In this document: positions 15,517 to 20,000 of the stretch, one piece after another | Layout of the letters: each line of letters opens with the position of its first letter | How positions within the stretch are numbered: position 1 is the stretch's first letter | From: an uncultured virus (IMG/VR IMGVR_UViG_3300025647_003907) | Lineage: Duplodnaviria > Heunggongvirae > Uroviricota > Caudoviricetes | Reading direction: 5' to 3' (one strand) | Virus record (IMG/VR): IMGVR_UViG_3300025647_003907 | DNA: 20,000 bases | The notes under the pieces: generated by a model | Told to the model about the DNA's origin: nothing | Seen by the model: the letters and a program-made list of their open reading frames with translations, nothing else | Database searches by the model: none | Made by a program: the position numbers and the translations under genes

Positions 15517-16244
15517 CAATCCCAAAGCGAAGAATAGTACTTGCCAAATAACGCAAATCCATTTTGGATACGTTTTTCAACTTTCTTGCGTCCATCCCAA
15601 TCTACTTCTGCGGTGTGCTTGGGACCTTCTACCATTTCACTACAACCATCTTCGAGTTTTTTCCACCGCCAATCATACTCGCCTTTGAAGAATTCATCTT
15701 CCCAGTTTTCGTTAGCACCGCCGGAAAGAGTATTAAAAGCAAAAATCATTTCGTCAAGCACCCAGTTCCAACGTTCAAAATGTGTACTATCAGTAGCACC
15801 CTCATTCTTTTCTTTCTTGGTCAGTTTAGCAGGCTGTAGTTCTGCTGGGCAATCCTTTGGATCAACAAAAGGAGCACCGTGCTGTTCTGCTTTTAGCTTT
15901 ACTAGCATAGGGCGAATGATATAACCCAGTGTGTCCTGCATATTCCAGGTATCCCACGGATCAATCTTTACCTCAATCTTACGACGCTGCTTACCGTGAA
16001 TCCAAGAAAGAAAACGATAGAGCCAAGTATAGTGACGTTCGTTGTGTAACATATCATACACTTCGCCTACTTTAGGTTCAGGTTCAATGTTACCGTGAGC
16101 AAGCCATTCACCAAAACGATGTACACGCTCCGCGGTATGTTCAAAACCATACTCGTCTTTTTCCTTTGGTGCCCAGAACATCAACTTTTCAGCAAGTTGA
16201 TATGGTCCAAAGAAATCAGAGTAATTTCCAATTTTGATTTTCAT
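15516..16244 (-). CDS. Conserved-type phage hypothetical protein
   Basis: KIDPWDTWNMQDTLGYIIRPML, ERWNWVLDEMIFAF and RIQNGFALFGKYYSSLWD resemble a family I recall from myoviruses; function unknown. Confidence 0.85.
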   Translation of the reverse strand: MKIKIGNYSDFFGPYQLAEKLMFWAPKEKDEYGFEHTAERVHRFGEWLAHGNIEPEPKVGEVYDMLHNERHYTWLYRFLSWIHGKQRRKIEVKIDPWDTWNMQDTLGYIIRPMLVKLKAEQHGAPFVDPKDCPAELQPAKLTKKEKNEGATDSTHFERWNWVLDEMIFAFNTLSGGANENWEDEFFKGEYDWRWKKLEDGCSEMVEGPKHTAEVDWDGRKKVEKRIQNGFALFGKYYSSLWD

Positions 16245-16252
16245 AACAGTAT

Positions 16253-16432
16253 TTACAATGCTGCGTCGTGATCCATTAGATTACGTACTTGTGTGTTATC
16301 TAGCTTGGCACGCAAGCGGTCAATTTTAAAATCAATTTCGTAACGATCCAGCGGGCTCAATTCATGATTGGCTAGTGTGTCCAGATAGTTAAGATATTCC
16401 ATTACATCATCAAACGGGTCTTTGTAGTTCAT
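16253..16432 (-). CDS. Small hypothetical protein (59 aa), not in ORF track
   Basis: SD AGGAG, then MNYKDPFDDVMEYLNYLDTLANHELSPLDRYEIDFKIDRLRAKLDNTQVRNLMDHDAAL; fills the gap between neighbours. Confidence 0.75.
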   Translation of the reverse strand: MNYKDPFDDVMEYLNYLDTLANHELSPLDRYEIDFKIDRLRAKLDNTQVRNLMDHDAAL

Positions 16433-16443
16433 ATTATGCTCCT

Positions 16444-16701
16444 TTAGCGAATTTTTTCAAAGCATTCCATTTGAATGCTGTTAGTACTACCACCTGACGC
16501 AATAAACACACAGGTGTGGTTAGGTTGGGTCACTGGTGTGAATTCATATACACGCAGGTCAAATCCATACACTTCAACTTTGTAGCGAGCATCTGGATCA
16601 CGAACTTCAAAATCCGAAGTCAACATATCACTAATAAGTCCGGCGTTTGCCGCTGTGGATACGCCTAGCGCAAATGCTGCTACCGCAATTTTCTTAAACA
16701 T
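16444..16701 (-). CDS. Small secreted/periplasmic protein
   Basis: SD GGAG before ATG 16701; signal peptide MFKKIAVAAFALGVSTAANA; two Cys in the mature part. Confidence 0.8.
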   Translation of the reverse strand: MFKKIAVAAFALGVSTAANAGLISDMLTSDFEVRDPDARYKVEVYGFDLRVYEFTPVTQPNHTCVFIASGGSTNSIQMECFEKIR

Positions 16702-16789
16702 GATAGTCTCCAAGTTGTTTACCGCTAACACGTTCTGCGGCTTGATAAGTTAAAAGAATAATAAATGATACAATAAACAAAGTAGCCAT
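16694..16789 (-). CDS. Putative 31-aa single-TM peptide, not in ORF track
   Basis: SD GGAG, MATLFIVSFIILLTYQAAERVSGKQLGDYHV; abuts the upstream stop and overlaps the downstream start. Confidence 0.5.
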   Translation of the reverse strand: MATLFIVSFIILLTYQAAERVSGKQLGDYHV

Positions 16790-16790
16790 G

Positions 16791-17033
16791 TTATACTCCA
16801 AGTTTTTTGCTCATTAAACTAATTTGTGCGCTATTAAGCATCATCCAAACTGCTACAAAATAAATCATAGCCATAAGATCATCCTTGCGGCGCCATGCGT
16901 TAAGCATCTGCCACGCAAATACAATTGACAACACACCGCTGAGAATTAATCCAGCATTAGCACCTACAGCAAGTCCAACATTTACCGGCATCGCCGCATC
17001 ACCCAACAGTTCACGAATAGTATCTAATTCCAT
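16791..17033 (-). CDS. Small membrane protein (2 TM segments)
   Basis: Hydrophobic stretches VNVGLAVGANAGLILSGVLSIVFAW and LMAMIYFVAVWMML. Confidence 0.7.
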   Translation of the reverse strand: MELDTIRELLGDAAMPVNVGLAVGANAGLILSGVLSIVFAWQMLNAWRRKDDLMAMIYFVAVWMMLNSAQISLMSKKLGV

Positions 17034-17060
17034 AATATTTCCTATTGATTTTGTTTTCCT

Positions 17061-17258
17061 TTATGCGTAGTCACATGACTCTGCACGATCTACTACCACG
17101 TTGCAACTTGTACACGCCTTGCGACCAATCACAGTACCCCATTCATTGTTGGTATCCAAACCTTCTTTAAACAACAAACAGTAGTTGTGCCAAGTATCCA
17201 AGAACGGGCAGTTTGCTCCGCAGTCGCCATCGTTATTAATGACAGTTAACGTAATCAT
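17061..17258 (-). CDS. Small Cys-rich protein (possible Zn/Fe-S binding)
   Basis: SD GGAGG and ATGA overlap at 17258; CGANCPF...C...CTSC...C. Confidence 0.65.
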   Translation of the reverse strand: MITLTVINNDGDCGANCPFLDTWHNYCLLFKEGLDTNNEWGTVIGRKACTSCNVVVDRAESCDYA

Positions 17259-17437
17259 TGTGCTGCCTCCATTTCCCATTTTTCTAAATCTTGTTCAGCA
17301 ACAAAACACGGGACCAACTTGTATCCACGAGTGTTCCAGTATGCTTCTTGAGCAATGTCAGATATCCACTGACGACCAATCTTGTATTCACCAAACTTGC
17401 CGTCCCAGCCAACAACCCAGTATCCTGTTTGTGTCAT
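17255..17437 (-). CDS. Small phage hypothetical protein (60 aa)
   Basis: SD AGGAGG and ATGA overlap at 17437 (MTQTGYWVVGWDG). Confidence 0.7.
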   Translation of the reverse strand: MTQTGYWVVGWDGKFGEYKIGRQWISDIAQEAYWNTRGYKLVPCFVAEQDLEKWEMEAAQ

Positions 17438-17826
17438 GCTGCCTCCTTGTGCATCTCTGCCAAAATGTTCACAAATTCGTGTTCCATGGTGTAAGGCAAA
17501 CCCAGTCGCCAGCACACAAAGCCTGCGTCGTCGTAGGGCGACAGTTCCATGCTATCCAGAATCCAACGAACAGCATCTTCACGAGTTGGTGCTCCGTGTA
17601 CCATATTGCGAAGAATCTGATGCTCGAATTCAGCAACTGCTTCTGCTTCGTGCCGGCGTTGAGCTTCTTGTTCAGCCTGCATCGCACGGATCATCAGTTC
17701 CCACTCTGCCTGCTTCTCATCAGCGGAGAGCGTTTCCCAGTAGAGGCGGTAGGTAATGCCCGGACGCGAACCGTATGCGTCTTTGTGCAAATCGGACATA
17801 AGTTCGTCTGAGTAAGTATATTCCAT
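17434..17826 (-). CDS. Phage hypothetical protein (SDLHKDAYGxRP type)
   Basis: SD AGGAG before ATG 17826 (MEYTYSDEL); the upstream extension in the track falls in AT-rich promoter-like DNA. Confidence 0.8.
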   Translation of the reverse strand: MEYTYSDELMSDLHKDAYGSRPGITYRLYWETLSADEKQAEWELMIRAMQAEQEAQRRHEAEAVAEFEHQILRNMVHGAPTREDAVRWILDSMELSPYDDAGFVCWRLGLPYTMEHEFVNILAEMHKEAA

Positions 17827-17919
17827 GTCTTGCTCCTGTGTGTTAACCATACCTATATTGTACTGATTATAGAGCAAAAGTAAAATTAAAATTTTTTATG
17901 GAGGTATAAATTATTGATT

Positions 17920-18105
17920 TTAATAGCTGTATCCTGCACTATTTTTGTGCAGATCTAGACTTACTCGAAGTGTGTGATTTTCAGTTTTGAGGTCAAGAAC
18001 GTCCTCTACTAGGTGCTTGAATTCTGGATCAGATTCGTCAATTTCCATGCCGTGGATAATACTAGCAATGCTCAGTAGAGTTTGCTTATAATCTTCGCAT
18101 TCCAT
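17920..18105 (-). CDS. Small acidic hypothetical protein
   Basis: SD AAGGAG upstream; 61 aa. Confidence 0.65.
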   Translation of the reverse strand: MECEDYKQTLLSIASIIHGMEIDESDPEFKHLVEDVLDLKTENHTLRVSLDLHKNSAGYSY

Positions 18106-18126
18106 ACATTTCTCCTTATAGAAAAC

Positions 18127-18150
18127 AAAGCGGGCTTTTTACACCCGCTT
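18127..18150 (-). terminator. Intrinsic terminator-like hairpin
   Basis: Minus strand AAAGCGGGT-GTAAAA-GCCCGCTTT followed by GTTTTC. Confidence 0.7.
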
Positions 18151-18179
18151 TATTTAGCAAGCGTAATATTACCGAAATA

Positions 18180-18317
18180 TTACGCTTTATTTTTGCAGCG
18201 TGGGCTGTTTGGCTTGCGCTCGCAACGAAAAGTACCGTGGCTTACGTGCTTCTTGCTCAGTTTGTTGCCATTTGGGTCGGTCTTGCGATTGCGATGCGGA
18301 ATAGCAGTTTTGCTCAT
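18180..18317 (-). CDS. 45-aa basic protein, not in ORF track
   Basis: SD GAGG, MSKTAIPHRNRKTDPNGNKLSKKHVSHGTFRCERKPNSPRCKNKA; has its own promoter upstream and a terminator downstream. Confidence 0.7.
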   Translation of the reverse strand: MSKTAIPHRNRKTDPNGNKLSKKHVSHGTFRCERKPNSPRCKNKA

Positions 18318-18353
18318 TTTACGTCCTCGGTTATTGTTGTTAAATGAGTGTTT

Positions 18354-18381
18354 ATTATACTACGATTTACAAAAAAGTCAA
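18354..18381 (-). promoter_or_regulatory. sigma70-type early promoter
   Basis: TTGACT-16 nt-TATAAT on the minus strand, 36 nt upstream of ATG 18317. Confidence 0.75.
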
Positions 18382-18385
18382 CTGT

Positions 18386-19138
18386 TTATTGCTTGTAGGT
18401 TAGCGACGGAACCGGTTCAACACTATCATCTTCAGGCCAAGAATATATGTAATCACCAAATTGGTCTCTAACTAACAGCCAACGAATTCCAGCAGCAGAA
18501 TACTGTTGAATGTCTGCGGTATATCCAGGAATTGATCCTTCGAAATCAATATCACCGCCAGTAACTTCTTGTCCATTCTTTAGGATCCACCCAGCCACAG
18601 CATTTACTTCTTTGGTAGTATTGGGCCCTTGGCCGTTTACATTTCCAATCATCCAGATATCGGTAGTTGGCGTTCTGGTAAACGCTCTAAATAGCATTTT
18701 CCCCAATGTGCGAATTGCTCTGCTCATGTTCCCAGGCAAATTGGCTACTTGATGAAACTCTGGGTATTGTACACCAGCTGCACGCAAGGCAGTTTGTGCA
18801 ACTGCGGGTAGAGTATCTACATCAACCGGAACATCCGGTAAAATTTCTGGTTCATCTTGATCGAACCCTTCGATATCTTGCATGCGATTTAATAAATCTC
18901 GCATTTGATCGGTTGGTGTGATGTTTTGAGTTGCCCTTGCAGTTTTAGCTGCGCTAGCTCTTGCACGAAGGTCAACAGCAGATGACTTTTCTTTGCTAGA
19001 TGGTTCATCTACTGTTGCCGGCGCATTAACTGGTTTTGATTTAAGAAGATCATCTAGTCCAGATAAGTTATCTGTCTTAACATCTGTTTTTGTTTTAACA
19101 GGTGCTTCAGTTAAATAATCTTCTAGCTTTTTAAACAT
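18386..19138 (-). CDS. Phage hypothetical protein (low-complexity N-terminus, globular C-terminal domain)
   Basis: 250 aa ORF with TAAATA just upstream (19144-19149); C-terminal FHQVANLPG...YIYSWP. Confidence 0.82.
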   Translation of the reverse strand: MFKKLEDYLTEAPVKTKTDVKTDNLSGLDDLLKSKPVNAPATVDEPSSKEKSSAVDLRARASAAKTARATQNITPTDQMRDLLNRMQDIEGFDQDEPEILPDVPVDVDTLPAVAQTALRAAGVQYPEFHQVANLPGNMSRAIRTLGKMLFRAFTRTPTTDIWMIGNVNGQGPNTTKEVNAVAGWILKNGQEVTGGDIDFEGSIPGYTADIQQYSAAGIRWLLVRDQFGDYIYSWPEDDSVEPVPSLTYKQ

Positions 19139-19146
19139 ACGTTTAT

Positions 19147-19626
19147 TTATTTGTTTTGTTTTGCAACTTCTTTGTCGTACTTGGCACGATCAACAACACC
19201 TTCGTTTAGAAGTTTTTGTCTGTTGATCTCGTGCTGTGCTTGCACATCTTCCTTGGATCCACCAAAGTAAGGAACACAATGTCCTTCGGCAATCATAACT
19301 TCGGTAACCAAGCGACCATCCGGAAGTTTAAAGTCACCTAGGATACGACCAAATTTTCCACGAGCGTCTTCGCCGTTCTTTTCTTCAGTTGTAACTAATA
19401 CAGCACCGTCGTGTAATAGCTCTTTTAGTCTGTTCTTTGCTGCTAGACCAAATAGTTTTTCTACTTTATTTGATGTGCGTGATTCTGGAGTGTCAATGCC
19501 CATGATGCGAACACGTTCGTCGCGTAACCAAATACCAAAACCTAGATCAATGTCAACATCAACGGTATCGCCGTCAACTGACTTTAAGAGCACGACGTCA
19601 TACTCGTTTACTTTTAATTCGCTCAT
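19147..19626 (-). CDS. Thermonuclease (SNase/micrococcal nuclease-like)
   Basis: VDGDTVDVDIDLGF, RVRIMGIDTPE and GKFGRIL catalytic motifs; SD AAGGA; no signal peptide. Confidence 0.9.
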   Translation of the reverse strand: MSELKVNEYDVVLLKSVDGDTVDVDIDLGFGIWLRDERVRIMGIDTPESRTSNKVEKLFGLAAKNRLKELLHDGAVLVTTEEKNGEDARGKFGRILGDFKLPDGRLVTEVMIAEGHCVPYFGGSKEDVQAQHEINRQKLLNEGVVDRAKYDKEVAKQNK

Positions 19627-19640
19627 ATACTGTGTCCTTG

Positions 19641-19964
19641 TTAGTGTTTATCACACGAAATCTCCTTCATGCATGACGTATAGCATACAGGACCAGATTT
19701 CGTAAATTTCTGGTGGACCCAGTAGTTCGTACAACCATCGCCGTCGGTGCTTCTGCCTTCGGGCTTTGGATTGGTTACTGATTTGACATTTTCGGCAATT
19801 TTATCAATAGGAGGTGTTAGCAATTGAATTGCTGTCATTACGGGCGAACCCGCACATCCCATTAACGCTTGACTGCAGATGCCCCAAAGTAGAAGCCAAC
19901 GAGCGCCGCCATTAAGTTTGTGTCTAATGGTGTGATCACTAAGCCTCCGGAGAATGATTTCCAT
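19641..19964 (-). CDS. Putative Cys-rich lipoprotein (start uncertain: 19964 or 19862)
   Basis: RWLLLWGICSQALMG|CAGS lipobox-like segment and four further Cys; its 5' part overlaps the upstream gene in another frame. Confidence 0.5.
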   Translation of the reverse strand: MEIILRRLSDHTIRHKLNGGARWLLLWGICSQALMGCAGSPVMTAIQLLTPPIDKIAENVKSVTNPKPEGRSTDGDGCTNYWVHQKFTKSGPVCYTSCMKEISCDKH

Positions 19965-19999
19965 ACGATTGCGTCTCTGCCTTCAGTAAAAAACCACAT
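19862..19999 (-). CDS. C-terminus of a membrane protein (possibly holin-like), entering from the window's right edge
   Basis: Hand translation ...MWFFTEGRDAIVWKSFSGGLVITPLDTNLMAALVGFYFGASAVKR*; hydrophobic helix ending GFYFG plus a basic tail. Confidence 0.65.
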   Translation of the reverse strand: MWFFTEGRDAIVWKSFSGGLVITPLDTNLMAALVGFYFGASAVKR

Positions 20000-20000
20000 G

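Noticed and set aside
17255..17447. Repeated GGAGGCAGCA at two consecutive gene junctions
   Set aside because: It is explained by SD sequences embedded in Glu-Ala-Ala codons for translational coupling.
14399..19705. Plus-strand ORFs including the 208-aa 17185-17811 and 129-aa 18082-18471
   Set aside because: They lie antisense to a tightly coupled minus-strand gene chain with SDs and have no recognisable protein features.
1..20000. tRNA, CRISPR array, intron/intein, transposase, stop-codon recoding
   Set aside because: I saw no cloverleaf or regularly spaced repeats by eye. thyA and the other genes are uninterrupted. TAA and TGA, and TAG at least once (8862), end genes at sensible positions. 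No covariance search was run.

Overview
This window looks like 20 kb of a large lytic dsDNA phage (T4-like/jumbo-myovirus style) with a Gram-negative host. The phage call is inferred from dense, mostly minus-strand genes with overlapping stop/start codons, many small hypotheticals, near-consensus sigma70 promoters and recurrent TAAATA late-promoter-like motifs. The standard genetic code fits. Recognisable genes are: a nucleotide-sugar cluster (extended SDR, DegT/DesI-type aminotransferase, and a truncated ORF missing from the ORF track that resembles the radical-SAM sugar deaminase DesII) directly downstream of DHFR and thymidylate synthase; a MoxR-like AAA+ ATPase and VWA-metallopeptidase pair split by an SGNH hydrolase; two divergent pyruvoyl-dependent AdoMetDC-like decarboxylases on the + strand; two tandem outer-membrane porins; dCMP deaminase; and a thermonuclease. 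The main leads are (1) a desosamine-like deoxy-aminosugar pathway in a phage, (2) a two-decarboxylase polyamine operon behind a possible two-state RNA leader, and (3) a pair of phage porins of different net charge, one behind a CRP-like site at the class I activator position. All family calls come from motif recognition by eye; no database search was run.
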